Source of the DNA: an uncultured delta proteobacterium
Lineage (GTDB): Bacteria; Myxococcota_A; Polyangia; Polyangiales; JAFGIB01
Length of the DNA stretch: 64,000 bases
NCBI GenBank assembly: GCA_963778655.1
Contig: CAVZVA010000008.1
Span: forward strand, 1 to 64,000
Direction of reading: 5' to 3'
The stretch's first letter is position 1. The number at the start of each line of letters is the position of its first letter. The position numbers and the translations under genes are program-made. The notes beneath the pieces were generated by a model, which made no database searches, was not told the DNA's origin, and saw nothing but the letters and a program-made list of their open reading frames with translations. Positions 47,363 to 57,224 of this stretch are shown here, piece after piece.

Positions 47363-47452
47363 GCCGGCGAGCGGTGCGCCGGCAAGCTGCATCCGGCGTG
47401 CACGCGAACGTGCGAGCTGCGGGTGGGAGCGGCCGGTTCCGCGCTCGGCCGC

Positions 47453-47534
47453 TCGAGATCACCGAGCTGGACCATGGTATGCAGGTATTTCATGCGCGCC
47501 CTTCCGGTTGGCGGTGGTGGTGGAGTCCCGGCGG
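47453..47534. repeat. Direct repeat copy 2 (decayed gloA 5' end, [13 protein letters not shown] on the minus strand)
   Basis: ACCATGGTATGCAGGTATTTCATGCG core nearly identical to 45086-45111. Confidence 0.85.
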
Positions 47535-48217
47535 CCAGGCTGCCGCGCGGCGCCCGCGCGGGCCTGCACGCAGCCGCTAGCTGCCTGGCCCTGGCCCTGG
47601 CCCTGGCCCTGGCGCTCAGCAGCGCGCGGCCGGCTCGTGCGCAGCAGAACGGCGGCACCGACTTCACCGCCGACGAGCGCGCTCAGCTCGCCAAGGGCGA
47701 GCTGGTGACCCGGCCGCTGCGCCGCGCCACCGCGGGTCTCGACCTGATCGGCGGCTCGAGCTGGCAGGTGATCGACGCCGACGTGGACGTGGTCTGGCGC
47801 GCGCTCCAGGACACCCCGCGCTACACCCGCTTGCTGCCGCGCGTGCTCGAGGCGCGCGTGGTGGAGAGCCACGAAGGTGAGCGCGACGTGTACATCCACC
47901 AGGGCAAGTGGCCGATCTTCGTCACGTACTACCTGATTGTGCGCAGCCACGCCGAGACGCGGGACCTGCGCTTCGAGCTGGACCAGAACCGACCCCACAG
48001 CGCCGACGCCGCCTGGGGGTTCTTTCGGCTGGTGCCCTATGGCAGGGGCCGGACGCTGCTGGCGTTCGGCATCGCCGCCGACGTGGGCCGTGGCATCATC
48101 GCCGCGGTGGCCCGCGGCACGATCCAGAAATGGATGCTGCGCGTCCCTTCATCGGTCAAGAAGTTCCTGGAGAACGGCGGCAAGACGCTGTACGCGAAGC
48201 CCGCGGGTGGGCCGTGA
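47492..48217 (+). CDS. Secreted SRPBCC/START-domain protein
   Basis: Signal-like LALALA segment; VIDADVDVVWRALQD..RY...LP pattern; start uncertain. Confidence 0.65.
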   Translation: MRALPVGGGGGVPAARLPRGARAGLHAAASCLALALALALALSSARPARAQQNGGTDFTADERAQLAKGELVTRPLRRATAGLDLIGGSSWQVIDADVDVVWRALQDTPRYTRLLPRVLEARVVESHEGERDVYIHQGKWPIFVTYYLIVRSHAETRDLRFELDQNRPHSADAAWGFFRLVPYGRGRTLLAFGIAADVGRGIIAAVARGTIQKWMLRVPSSVKKFLENGGKTLYAKPAGGP

Positions 48218-48960
48218 GCGCCGCGCTCGGCGCCCGCGCCGCGCCGGCCGCGGCAGCGCGGGGAAGCGCGGGTGCGTGCGGCGAGCGTGATGGCGCGCTG
48301 GGGCCGCCGCCGGCGGGCCGCGTGTTCGAGCGCGTGCAGCCGGTGGCGATGTTGCTCGCGGGCGCGGCCTCGCTGCTGGCCGGCACGCCGCTGCCCGCCG
48401 CGGCGGTGGGCTGCGCCGCGCTCGCGCTGCTTGCGTACCTGTGGCGCGGCCACCACACGCCCTCGGGTCGCTTCGGCGCGGCCAACGCGCTGACCGCGCT
48501 GCGGCTGGCGCTGACCGGCGGCCTGGCGTTGCTCGGCACGCGGCCGCCGGACGCGCGCGCCGCGTTGCTGGTGCTCGCGATCTTCGCGCTCGATGGCGCC
48601 GACGGCTGGCTGGCGCGGCGCAGCGGGCAGAGCTCGCCGTTCGGCGCGCGCTTCGACATGGAGTGCGATGCGTTGCTGGTGCTGGTGTGCTCGCTGTGGC
48701 TCTACCTGCAGGCGCGGCTGGGGGCGTTCGTGCTGCTGGCCGGGGCGCTGCGCTACCTGTACGCGCTCAGCGCGGCGTATGCGGGTGGTCGCGAAGCACC
48801 GCGCTCGCGGCTGGGCCGCTACGTCTTCGCCGTGTTGGTGCTGGCGCTGAGCGCGAGCCTGGCCGGGCTGCCCGGGCAGCGCGCGCTGGCCGGGGGCGCG
48901 GTGCTGCTGCTGTGCGTGTCGTTCGCGCGCTCGTTCTACTTCTCGCTACGGCGCCCGTAA
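48214..48960 (+). CDS. CDP-alcohol phosphatidyltransferase family protein
   Basis: ANALTALR, DGADGWLARR...S.FGARFDMECD. Confidence 0.9.
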   Translation: MSAALGARAAPAAAARGSAGACGERDGALGPPPAGRVFERVQPVAMLLAGAASLLAGTPLPAAAVGCAALALLAYLWRGHHTPSGRFGAANALTALRLALTGGLALLGTRPPDARAALLVLAIFALDGADGWLARRSGQSSPFGARFDMECDALLVLVCSLWLYLQARLGAFVLLAGALRYLYALSAAYAGGREAPRSRLGRYVFAVLVLALSASLAGLPGQRALAGGAVLLLCVSFARSFYFSLRRP

Positions 48961-48979
48961 CCTTGCTCGATGACGCTCC

Positions 48980-49049
48980 GGAGGATGCAACAGGAAGACG
49001 GGAAGGGGGGAAGAATGGGTTGTCTTGCTGTCTGCCTGTGAATCTCCTC
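48980..49049. repeat. 8-nt-period palindromic REP-like element (copy 3)
   Basis: GGAGGATGCAACAGGAAGACGGGAAG...CTGTCTGCCTGTGAATCTCCTC. Confidence 0.75.
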
Positions 49050-49103
49050 GATCCGAGCCGCGGGCTCTCGCGGCACGCTCGGCCTGCGTGTAGAACCACG
49101 GTC

Positions 49104-50075
49104 ATGCCGCGCGAGGCCCGAGCGTACTGGACCATGGGCCCGGAGCGGGGCGAGCTGCGCAGCGAGCCGCTGCCCGAGCCCGGCGCGGGACAAGCGCTGG
49201 TGCAGGCGCTGTTCAGCGGCATCAGCCGCGGCAGCGAGCTGTTGGTGCACCGCGGCCTGGTTCCGCAGTCCGAGCACGCGCGCATGCGCGCGCCGCACCA
49301 GCAGGGCGAGTTTCCGTGGCCGGTCAAGTACGGCTACGCCAGCGTCGGTCGCGTGGCCGCGGGACCGCCCGAGCTGCGCGGTCGCGAGGTGTTCTGTCTG
49401 CATCCGCACCAGGACGCGTACGTGGTCGAGGCCGGCGCGCTTTTGCCCTTGCCCGAGGGCGTGCCGGCCGCACGCGCGGTGCTGGGCGCGAACATGGAGA
49501 CCGCGCTCAACGCGGTGTGGGACGCCGAGCTACGCGCCGGCGACCGGGTGGCGATCGTGGGTGCGGGCACGCTGGGCGCGCTGGTCGCGTATCTGTGCGC
49601 GCGCCATCCCGGCTGCGAGGCGCAGCTGGTCGACCTCGACCCGGGCAAGGCGGAGCTGGCGCGTGCGCTGGGCGTGGGCTTCGCGCCGCCGCAGCAGGCG
49701 CAGCCGGACGCGGACCTGGTGGTGCACGCCAGCGGCTCGCCGGCCGGTCTCGGCACGGCGCTGGCGCTCGCGGGCGTGGAAGCGACGGTGCTCGAGCTGA
49801 GCTGGTACGGCACGCAAGAGGTGTCGCTTTCGCTCGGCGGCGCGTTCCACGCGCGGCGGCTGCGCCTGCAATCCTCGCAGGTCGGTGCGCTGCCGCCGCG
49901 GCAGCGCCCGCGCTGGAATCATCGCCGGCGGCTCGAGCTCGCGCTGCGCCTGCTGCGCGACCAGACGCTCGAGCGGCTGATCGACGCGCACGCGCCTTTT
50001 GCCGAGCTGCCCGTAGTGATGCGCCGCCTGGGCCGCGGCGAGCTGCCGGCGACCTGCCACCGCATCGACTATTGA
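49104..50075 (+). CDS. MDR (zinc-type alcohol dehydrogenase-like) oxidoreductase
   Basis: [40 protein letters not shown]. Confidence 0.88.
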   Translation: MPREARAYWTMGPERGELRSEPLPEPGAGQALVQALFSGISRGSELLVHRGLVPQSEHARMRAPHQQGEFPWPVKYGYASVGRVAAGPPELRGREVFCLHPHQDAYVVEAGALLPLPEGVPAARAVLGANMETALNAVWDAELRAGDRVAIVGAGTLGALVAYLCARHPGCEAQLVDLDPGKAELARALGVGFAPPQQAQPDADLVVHASGSPAGLGTALALAGVEATVLELSWYGTQEVSLSLGGAFHARRLRLQSSQVGALPPRQRPRWNHRRRLELALRLLRDQTLERLIDAHAPFAELPVVMRRLGRGELPATCHRIDY

Positions 50076-50101
50076 TCGACTATCGAAGGAGCGAGCAAGC
50101 C

Positions 50102-50524
50102 ATGTACAGCGTCGGAGTCCGAGACCACGTGATGATCGCGCACAGCTTCAGGGGCGAGCTGTTCGGTCCGGCGCAGCGGCTGCACGGCGCGACCTACGTT
50201 GTCGACGCGGAGCTACGCGGCGAGCGCCTCGACCCGCACGGCGTGGTGGTCGACATCGACCGCGCGGGCAAGGCGCTGCACGCGGTGCTGGCCGAGCTGC
50301 ACTACCGCAACCTCGACGAGCTACCCGGCCTGGCCGGCCACAACACCACCACCGAGTTCCTGGCCAAGTGGGTCTTCGACCGCATGACCGAGCGCATCGC
50401 GAAGGGCGAGCTCGGCCCCGGCAGCCAATCGCTGTCGTCCCTCGCCATCACCCTGCACGAATCACACGTAGCCTGGTCCACGTACGAGGGCCCCCTGAGC
50501 CCCGAGCCGCAGCCCCACGCGTAG
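50102..50524 (+). CDS. 6-pyruvoyl-tetrahydropterin synthase family (COG0720), PTPS-IV-like
   Basis: [18 protein letters not shown] (no catalytic Cys), NLDE, TTE.LA. Confidence 0.88.
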   Translation: MYSVGVRDHVMIAHSFRGELFGPAQRLHGATYVVDAELRGERLDPHGVVVDIDRAGKALHAVLAELHYRNLDELPGLAGHNTTTEFLAKWVFDRMTERIAKGELGPGSQSLSSLAITLHESHVAWSTYEGPLSPEPQPHA

Positions 50525-50561
50525 TCGCCGCTCGCCCTCATGCTCGCCCCGTCCCGTCCCA

Positions 50562-51581
50562 TCACCGCGCGCGTCCGAGCTGCGCCAGCAGCTCCGTCGC
50601 GGCTCGATCCCAGCTCCGCGCCGCCGCGCCCGCCGCCGCCTGCGCCCGGCGCCTGCGCGCCGTGAGCTCTCCCGGCTCGCGCACCAACGCCAGCCAGGCG
50701 CGCGCCAGCGCCGCCTCGTCGCGCACCAGCTGCCCGCCGGCGGCTGCGCGCACCTGCGCCGCGACGTGACCGCCGGCGCGCGCCAGGATCGGCACGCCGG
50801 CCGCGCGCGCTTCCGCCAGCGCCATGCCGAACGATTCCATGCGCGAGGCCGACAGCAATGCGCCGGCGCCGCGCAGCAGGCGCAGCGCCTCGCGCTGGGG
50901 TAGGGCGCCGAGCAGGCGCACGCGCGCGCGCAGCGCGGCATCTCGTCGCAGCAGCGCGCGGCACGCGCGCGCATGGCTCGGGTCGAGGTCGAGCCTGCCG
51001 GCGATCTGCAGCACGAACTGATCGCGCGCGCGCAGCTCGTCGCGCAGCGCTTGCAGCAGCGGCAGCACGCCCTTGGCGGGGACCAGGTTGCACAGCATCA
51101 GCGCGCGCGGCGGGCCGCCGCCCCGGGCCGCAGCGGGCGCGCGCGGCAGCGCCACGCCCGGCTCCACGCACAACAGCGGCCGCCGTCCCGCGCCCAGCCG
51201 CGACAGCTGCGCGCGCATGAAGGGGCTGGTCACCAGAAAGCCGTCCGCGAGCGCCAGCGCGGCGCGTTCCGCGTCCGAGAGCGCGCGCGGCCCCACCGCG
51301 CGGCCGTGCTCGACCAGCGCGGGCAGGTAGTGCAGCAGCAGATAGAGCGCGGCGCGGGGAAAGCGGGCGCGCAACGCCGGCATCGCGTCCAGGTACAGGC
51401 TGTCGACGAAGATCCGGCGCGGCGGCGCTGCGCGGGGCGAGCCCCGTGGCTGCCAGCAAACACAGCGCACGCCGCGCCGGCGCAGCGCGGCGATCAGGCG
51501 TGCGTTGTACAGCGTGCCTCCGCTGATCGGTCCCGCGAGCGCAGGCACGACGAAGCCCAGCCTGCGCGCACCCCAGCTCAC
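50562..51581 (-). CDS. Glycosyltransferase family 4
   Basis: SGGTLYN, VDSL, ESFGMALAEA; GTGA overlap with the upstream ribD-like gene. Confidence 0.85.
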   Translation of the reverse strand: MSWGARRLGFVVPALAGPISGGTLYNARLIAALRRRGVRCVCWQPRGSPRAAPPRRIFVDSLYLDAMPALRARFPRAALYLLLHYLPALVEHGRAVGPRALSDAERAALALADGFLVTSPFMRAQLSRLGAGRRPLLCVEPGVALPRAPAAARGGGPPRALMLCNLVPAKGVLPLLQALRDELRARDQFVLQIAGRLDLDPSHARACRALLRRDAALRARVRLLGALPQREALRLLRGAGALLSASRMESFGMALAEARAAGVPILARAGGHVAAQVRAAAGGQLVRDEAALARAWLALVREPGELTARRRRAQAAAGAAARSWDRAATELLAQLGRAR

Positions 51582-52516
51582 TCGGGCTCGGGATTCAGCG
51601 CGCAGTCGAACAGCGTGTCGGCGCCCAGGGTAAAGCGCCGGGGGCGCAGGGCGAGCGCGTCGGCCATGTGCTCGATCGGCGGTAGGCTCAGCGCCGGCGC
51701 ACCCGAGCCGATGATCTTGGGGGCGATCGTGAGCTGCAGCCTCCCGAGCGCTCCGGCCTCCAGGAAGCGCGACACGGTCACGCCGCCGCCTTCGATGAAG
51801 ATGCGCCGCAAGCCGCGCGCGTGCAGCGCCCGCAGCACCGCGTGCGGCGGCAACACGCCGCGCTCGCTGCGCACGCCGGCCAGGGCCACGTGAGGCAGCA
51901 GCGGGCTCGACCGCGGCGCGGCGTCGGCGGCGTGCACCAGCAAGGTGGGCGCGCGACCGTCGTTGAGCAGGCGCAGCTTCGGGTCGAGGCAGGCGCGCGG
52001 CGTGATCACCACGCGTACCGGCTGGGCGCCCGGCACCAGGCGCGTGGTCAGCTCCGGGTCGTCCACGCGCGCGGTCCGGGCGCCGACCACCACTGCGTCG
52101 AACAGCGCGCGCAGGCGGTGCATATGACGCAAGTCCTCGGGTCCGGTCACGAAGCGCGAAGCCCCACTGATCGTGGCCACGCGGCCATCCAGGCTCTGCC
52201 CCAGGTGCGCGAGCACCAGCGTGGCTGCGGCCTCGCCCGCGCACAGCGGCAGGTAGAGGTCGAGCAGGGCGCGCGCATCCTCGGCGAGCGTGCAGCTCGG
52301 CTCCCAGCCGTGCTCCTGCGTGCAGTCGACCGTGATCAGCCCGCGGCCCGCGGGCAGTAGCCGCAGCGCGCCCTGGTCGTCGAGCGCAACGCCGCAGCCA
52401 TCGGGCACCGGCTCGCCACGCGAAGCGCGCGCCGCCAGCGCCTGCAGTAGGCGCCACGCCGTCCCTTCCCCGAGCGCCTTCGTACCTTTGTGCGCTGCCG
52501 TTGCGGAGTAACTCAA
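51578..52516 (-). CDS. RibD C-terminal (reductase) domain protein
   Basis: LGQSLDGRVAT, HRLRA..DAVVVGA.T...DDPELT, IEGGG. Confidence 0.88.
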   Translation of the reverse strand: MSYSATAAHKGTKALGEGTAWRLLQALAARASRGEPVPDGCGVALDDQGALRLLPAGRGLITVDCTQEHGWEPSCTLAEDARALLDLYLPLCAGEAAATLVLAHLGQSLDGRVATISGASRFVTGPEDLRHMHRLRALFDAVVVGARTARVDDPELTTRLVPGAQPVRVVITPRACLDPKLRLLNDGRAPTLLVHAADAAPRSSPLLPHVALAGVRSERGVLPPHAVLRALHARGLRRIFIEGGGVTVSRFLEAGALGRLQLTIAPKIIGSGAPALSLPPIEHMADALALRPRRFTLGADTLFDCALNPEPE

Positions 52517-52642
52517 CCGGGCCTCCGTAAGTCCGCCCCTAGCTCCGCGTCGCGACTATAGCAGCCTGTGCCGGTGTGCAAAAGGCGGCTGCACCGCCCC
52601 GGCGCGCTTGATACGGTAGCGGCTCGGCGCGGGGGTACGCTC

Positions 52643-54385
52643 ATGATGCACGCATCGGCCTCAGCCACGCGCTCGCGCGCTGCGCGCCCTTCACCGGGTC
52701 CCGCGCTCGCGCTGCTGCTACTGTGCGGCCTGTTCGAGCTGCCCGCGTGCTTGCTGCCGGAGCCGTTCCGGCCGACCGGCGAGCTGATGCTGCTGCTTGC
52801 GGGCTGGCTGCTCGGGTTGCGGCTGCAGCCGCGCCGCCGCCGGCTGCTGTTCTGGCTGCTCGGGTTGGCGGCGGCTGCGCTCGCGCTGGTGCGCGCGGAT
52901 CGGGTGGCATTTCTGCGCTTCATGGGCGAGGAGCCGCTGCTCTACGACCAGCTCTTCATGCTGCGCCACCTGCTGGTGCTGTTCTCCGATCTGTGGAGCT
53001 GGCGCGTCGGCGCGATGCTGAGCGGGATCGTGGTCGCCGTCGCCCTGTGCGTCTTCGCGCTGCGCCGAGCTTGCAGCGCGCTCGGACGTGTGCTGCTCGC
53101 CGGCGACTCCCGGGTCTCGGCGCGGGCCGGGGCCGCGCTGCTCGTCTTGGCCCTGGCCGGCAGCGTGCTGCCCGCGGGCGCCTCGCCCTGCGTGCGCTTC
53201 ATGACCCCGCGCCTGCTCGCGGATCTCGCGCGCTCGCGGCGCATCTACGCCGGCGTGCAGCGCGGCATCGGGCGCTCACCCTACCGGCCGCTGGCCGCGC
53301 TCGAGCTGCGGCGCAGGCCGGACGTGTACCTGATCTTCGTCGAGAGCTATGGCCGCGTGCTGCTGGAGGACGCCCGGCTGCGGCCGGGCTACGAGGCGCA
53401 GATCCGCGCCATGCAGCGCGCGCTCGAAGACGCGGGCTGGCACGCGGTCAGCGACTTCAGCTCGGCGCCGATCATGGGCGGCCGCTCCTGGCTCGCCGAG
53501 GGCTCGGTGTTGATGGGCATCCACGTGGCGTACGAGGCCGTGTTCCGGCACCTGATCGAGCAGATCGCGCGCGTGCCCAACCTGGTCTCGTTCCTTTCGG
53601 GGCACGGCTACAACACCGTCCTGCTCGCGCCCTCCGACCGCAAGCGGCCCGGCGTCGAGGAGGTCAACTATTACCACCATCAGCGTTGCGTGCGCTTCGA
53701 CGACCTCGGCTATCGCGGTCCACGCGTGGGCTGGGGCATCGTGCCCGACCAGTACAGCCTGTTCTACACCGACGAGCACGTGCTGCGCGGCACTCCGCGC
53801 CCGCTGTTCCTGGAGTACCACATGGTCACCTCGCACGCGCCTTGGGAGGACGTGCCCCGGCTGGTGCCCGACTATCGCGCGCTCAACGAGCGGCCGGGCG
53901 AGCCGCTCGACGATGAGGACACCGGCGAAGGGCTACGGCGACTGCGGCGCTATGTGCACTGGAAGCGGCGCTTCGCCTACCTCGGGCCGCTGGGCGCGCG
54001 CATGGCGGACGGTTACGGGGCCACCGTGCGCTACGACCTGCAGGTGCTGCAGCGGTTCCTCCTGGGTCTGCAGGACGACGCGCTGGTGATCGTGATCGGC
54101 GACCATCAGCCGCCGTTCCTGGCCGCCGGCACCCGCAGCTTCGACACGCCGGTGCACGTGCTGGCTCGCGATCCGGCGCTGCTGCAGGAGCTGCGCGAGC
54201 ACGGCTTCGCCGGCGGTCTGTGGCTCGGCTCGACTGCGCACGTTCCTGTGCGCCACGAGGGCCTGTTTTCGCTGCTCGCGCGCGACCTGGCGCGCTGCTG
54301 CGGCAATTCGCCCCGGCTGCCTGCCTACCTGCCGCACGGCGCCGACCTGGAAGGCTTGCAAGCGCGCAGCCCCGGTCGCAAGTAA
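52643..54385 (+). CDS. Membrane-anchored sulfatase-like / alkaline-phosphatase-superfamily protein
   Basis: N-terminal transmembrane helices; FVESYG, GGRSWL, SHAPW, GDHQP. Confidence 0.8.
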   Translation: MMHASASATRSRAARPSPGPALALLLLCGLFELPACLLPEPFRPTGELMLLLAGWLLGLRLQPRRRRLLFWLLGLAAAALALVRADRVAFLRFMGEEPLLYDQLFMLRHLLVLFSDLWSWRVGAMLSGIVVAVALCVFALRRACSALGRVLLAGDSRVSARAGAALLVLALAGSVLPAGASPCVRFMTPRLLADLARSRRIYAGVQRGIGRSPYRPLAALELRRRPDVYLIFVESYGRVLLEDARLRPGYEAQIRAMQRALEDAGWHAVSDFSSAPIMGGRSWLAEGSVLMGIHVAYEAVFRHLIEQIARVPNLVSFLSGHGYNTVLLAPSDRKRPGVEEVNYYHHQRCVRFDDLGYRGPRVGWGIVPDQYSLFYTDEHVLRGTPRPLFLEYHMVTSHAPWEDVPRLVPDYRALNERPGEPLDDEDTGEGLRRLRRYVHWKRRFAYLGPLGARMADGYGATVRYDLQVLQRFLLGLQDDALVIVIGDHQPPFLAAGTRSFDTPVHVLARDPALLQELREHGFAGGLWLGSTAHVPVRHEGLFSLLARDLARCCGNSPRLPAYLPHGADLEGLQARSPGRK

Positions 54386-54473
54386 GCGCCGATCTCAATA
54401 CCTTGCGGCCCGGGGTAGGCCAGTTGGTTGTCTGGGATGCGAGCGGACGCACGCGTCCGCCGCACCTGCATTC

Positions 54474-54505
54474 CCCATACGGCTATACGATGTACACTGT
54501 ACGGG
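54474..54505. promoter_or_regulatory. Putative operator of overlapping TACnnnGTA palindromes
   Basis: TACGATGTA (54486-54494) overlapping TACACTGTA (54493-54501), about 50 bp upstream of the permease. Confidence 0.4.
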
Positions 54506-54550
54506 ACCGGGAGTGCAGCTCGTGTATGCTCCGGCGCGAAGTTCGTGGGC

Positions 54551-57112
54551 ATGTTCACCTTGGTCAAGCGGCTCAGCGTGCCGCATCTCGCGAAGGCCCC
54601 GCTGCGCTCCGGCCTGGTGGTGTTGGGAATCGCGCTGGGCGTCGCGATGTTGGTCGCGTCACGCGCGACCTCCGACGCAATGCTGACGACCTTCGATGAT
54701 CTGGTGAAGCGTATCGCGGATCGCGCCGATCTGGTGGTGACCGGCAACGAGTCGGGCATCCCGATTGCGCTGGTCGCCAAGGTCGCGGAGGTCGCGGGCG
54801 TGGCGCACGCAGCACCGGCGCTGGAGGTCACCACCAGCTTGGTCTCCGACGGCGAGCCGCTGTTGATTCTGGGCGTGGACTTTCTGGGCGACCCGCACTT
54901 CCTGCCGTTTCGCGCCGAGGGCGGCGGCACGCTGGTCGCCGATCCGCTGGCCTTCATCAATGATCCGGCCGCGCTGCTGATCAGCCGCGCGCTGGCGCAG
55001 CGCCACGGCCTGGGGGTGGGCAGCCGGGTCGCAGTGCTCGGCGCCGGCGGCGTTCGCACGCTGATCGTGCGCGCGGTGCTGCAGGACAGCGGACCTGCCG
55101 CATCGTTCGGCGGGCAGGTGGCGGTGATGTCGCTCGACGCGGCGCAGCTCGCGTTCGGCCGCGGCACGCTGGTCGATCGCATCGACGTCGCGCTCGTGCC
55201 CAACGCCGACCAGGTGCAGGTGATGGGGCGGCTGCGCACTGCGCTGGCGGGCGCGGCCCAGGTGGAGCTTCCCGCGCAGCTCGGCAGGCGCATGCGAGCC
55301 CTGTCCAAGCCGCTCAGCGACGGGATTGAGCTCAGCGGCGTGCTCGTGTTGTTCGTGGCGGTCTTCATCATCTACAACGCGGTCGGCGTGGCGGTCGCGC
55401 AGCGGCGCCGCGAGGTGGGCGTGCTGCGCGCGCTGGGCGTGTTGCGGCACCAGGTGGTGATGTTGTTCTGCATCGAGGCGGCGGTGCTCGCGCTGGTGGG
55501 CGTCGCGCTCGGCCTGTCGCTGGCGCAAGAGCTGGTCGCGCTGACGCATGCGGAGACCGAGCTCGCGATCAGCCGGCTGTACGGCAGCACGCCGGCGGTG
55601 CCCGCGATCACACTGGCGAACGCGCTGTGCGGCGGGCTCGCGGGCGTGGCCGTGGCGTTGGTCTCGGCCTACCTGCCGGCGCGGCGCGGCGCGCGGCTCG
55701 ACCCGGTCGCCGCGCTGCAGCAGACCTCGGCCCTTTCCTCGAGCCAGGCACTGCCTTACGTGGCGCTCGGGCTGGCGGGCGCGGCGCTGATGGTGCTGGC
55801 CCGCCCGGTCGCCGAGCAGGGCAGCATCTTGGCGGCCTACCTTGCTACCGTGGTCAACCTCACCGGCGCCGGCCTGCTGGTGCCGCTGCTGCTCGTGACC
55901 CTGCGCCGCGCGCTGCTTCCGCTGTTGCGCCGCACCGGCGCCGTCTCGGTGCGGCTCGGCCTCGATTACGTGGAGCGCAACCTCAGCCGTAGCACCATGA
56001 ACGTGCTCGCATTGATGGTGGCGGTCGCGCTCAGCCTGGGCACCAGCGGCTGGCTGCGCTCCTTCGAGCACTCGGTGCGCGCCTGGTTCGAGCAGGTCAG
56101 CGCTGCCGATCTGGTGGTCACCGCGGGCTCGCCGCTGGCGGACCGCCACCGCATGCCGCTTTCACCCGACACCCTGCAGCGCCTGCACGGCCTGCCGGGG
56201 GTGGCGGAGGTGCAGGCCATGCGCATGATCGACCAGGGCTACGGCGCCAAGAGCTTTCGTCTGGTGGCATCCGATACGCGCGCGTACCTCGAGCAATCGG
56301 AGCGGCGGGGCAAGCCCTGGAAGGTGCTGCAGGGCGAGCAGCCGATCGCGCCGGGCGAGCTGGCGGACGCGCCGCGCATCGTGCTGGCCGAGAACGCGGC
56401 CCAGCGGCTGGGACTGTTCGCCGGCGACCGCATGACCCTGCAGACCCCGTCGGGCCCGACCTCGTTCGAGGTCAGGGCGGTCGTGGTCGACTATTCGTCC
56501 GGGCTCGGGGCGGGCTTCATCGATCGCAAGTTCTACCTGCGCAGCTGGCAGGACCCCGCGATCGACGTGGTCAACCTGTATCTGGCGCCCGGCGCCCGGC
56601 CGGCCGCGGTAGCCCAGGCGGTGCGCGCGCGCCTGGGCGGCGGCGGCGGGTTGTTCGTGACCGAGACCGGCACGCTGCGCGAAGAGTTCGTGCGCCTCGC
56701 TGACGAGAGCTTTTCGTACACGCGCGCGCTTGAGCTGATCATGCTCGTGATCGCCATCACCGGCGTGATCGGGACCATGGTGGCGGCCGTGCTCGATCGC
56801 ACACGCGAGATCGGGCTGCTGCGGGCGATCGGCGCGACCCGGCTGCAGATCGCGGTGGCGGTGCTGGTCGAGGCGGGCTTTCTCGGGCTGTGCGCCGCCT
56901 GCGCGGGCGTGGTCGCGGGCAGCGTCCACTGCGCGCTGCTGCTGCACACAGTGGTTGCACGCAGCTCGGGCTGGCACCTCGACTTCGTGTTCCCCACCGC
57001 CAGCGTGCTGCGCGTCAGCGCGCTGGTGATCGCCGCAGCCGCCGCAGCCGGGTTGGCGCCGGCCGTGCGCGCGGCCCGGCTCGACGTCAAGGACGCCCTG
57101 GTCGGGGAGTGA
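54551..57112 (+). CDS. ABC transporter permease, duplicated FtsX/MacB type
   Basis: Two repeats of a periplasmic domain plus R.REIG.LRA.G transmembrane module. Confidence 0.9.
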   Translation: MFTLVKRLSVPHLAKAPLRSGLVVLGIALGVAMLVASRATSDAMLTTFDDLVKRIADRADLVVTGNESGIPIALVAKVAEVAGVAHAAPALEVTTSLVSDGEPLLILGVDFLGDPHFLPFRAEGGGTLVADPLAFINDPAALLISRALAQRHGLGVGSRVAVLGAGGVRTLIVRAVLQDSGPAASFGGQVAVMSLDAAQLAFGRGTLVDRIDVALVPNADQVQVMGRLRTALAGAAQVELPAQLGRRMRALSKPLSDGIELSGVLVLFVAVFIIYNAVGVAVAQRRREVGVLRALGVLRHQVVMLFCIEAAVLALVGVALGLSLAQELVALTHAETELAISRLYGSTPAVPAITLANALCGGLAGVAVALVSAYLPARRGARLDPVAALQQTSALSSSQALPYVALGLAGAALMVLARPVAEQGSILAAYLATVVNLTGAGLLVPLLLVTLRRALLPLLRRTGAVSVRLGLDYVERNLSRSTMNVLALMVAVALSLGTSGWLRSFEHSVRAWFEQVSAADLVVTAGSPLADRHRMPLSPDTLQRLHGLPGVAEVQAMRMIDQGYGAKSFRLVASDTRAYLEQSERRGKPWKVLQGEQPIAPGELADAPRIVLAENAAQRLGLFAGDRMTLQTPSGPTSFEVRAVVVDYSSGLGAGFIDRKFYLRSWQDPAIDVVNLYLAPGARPAAVAQAVRARLGGGGGLFVTETGTLREEFVRLADESFSYTRALELIMLVIAITGVIGTMVAAVLDRTREIGLLRAIGATRLQIAVAVLVEAGFLGLCAACAGVVAGSVHCALLLHTVVARSSGWHLDFVFPTASVLRVSALVIAAAAAAGLAPAVRAARLDVKDALVGE

Positions 57113-57224
57113 GGCGAATTTGGCAGTCTGGCTGCAGCGGCGTCAGGCCGTTGCCGCGGGTCGCCGAGGCAACGTATCATCCGGGCCCCGCGGCGCCGGC
57201 CTGTCCGCGTCGCCCCTCCCAATC

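Noticed and set aside
47585..47608. (CTGGCC)4 as a phase-variation tract
   Set aside because: A hexamer unit keeps the frame; it encodes Leu-Ala in a signal peptide.
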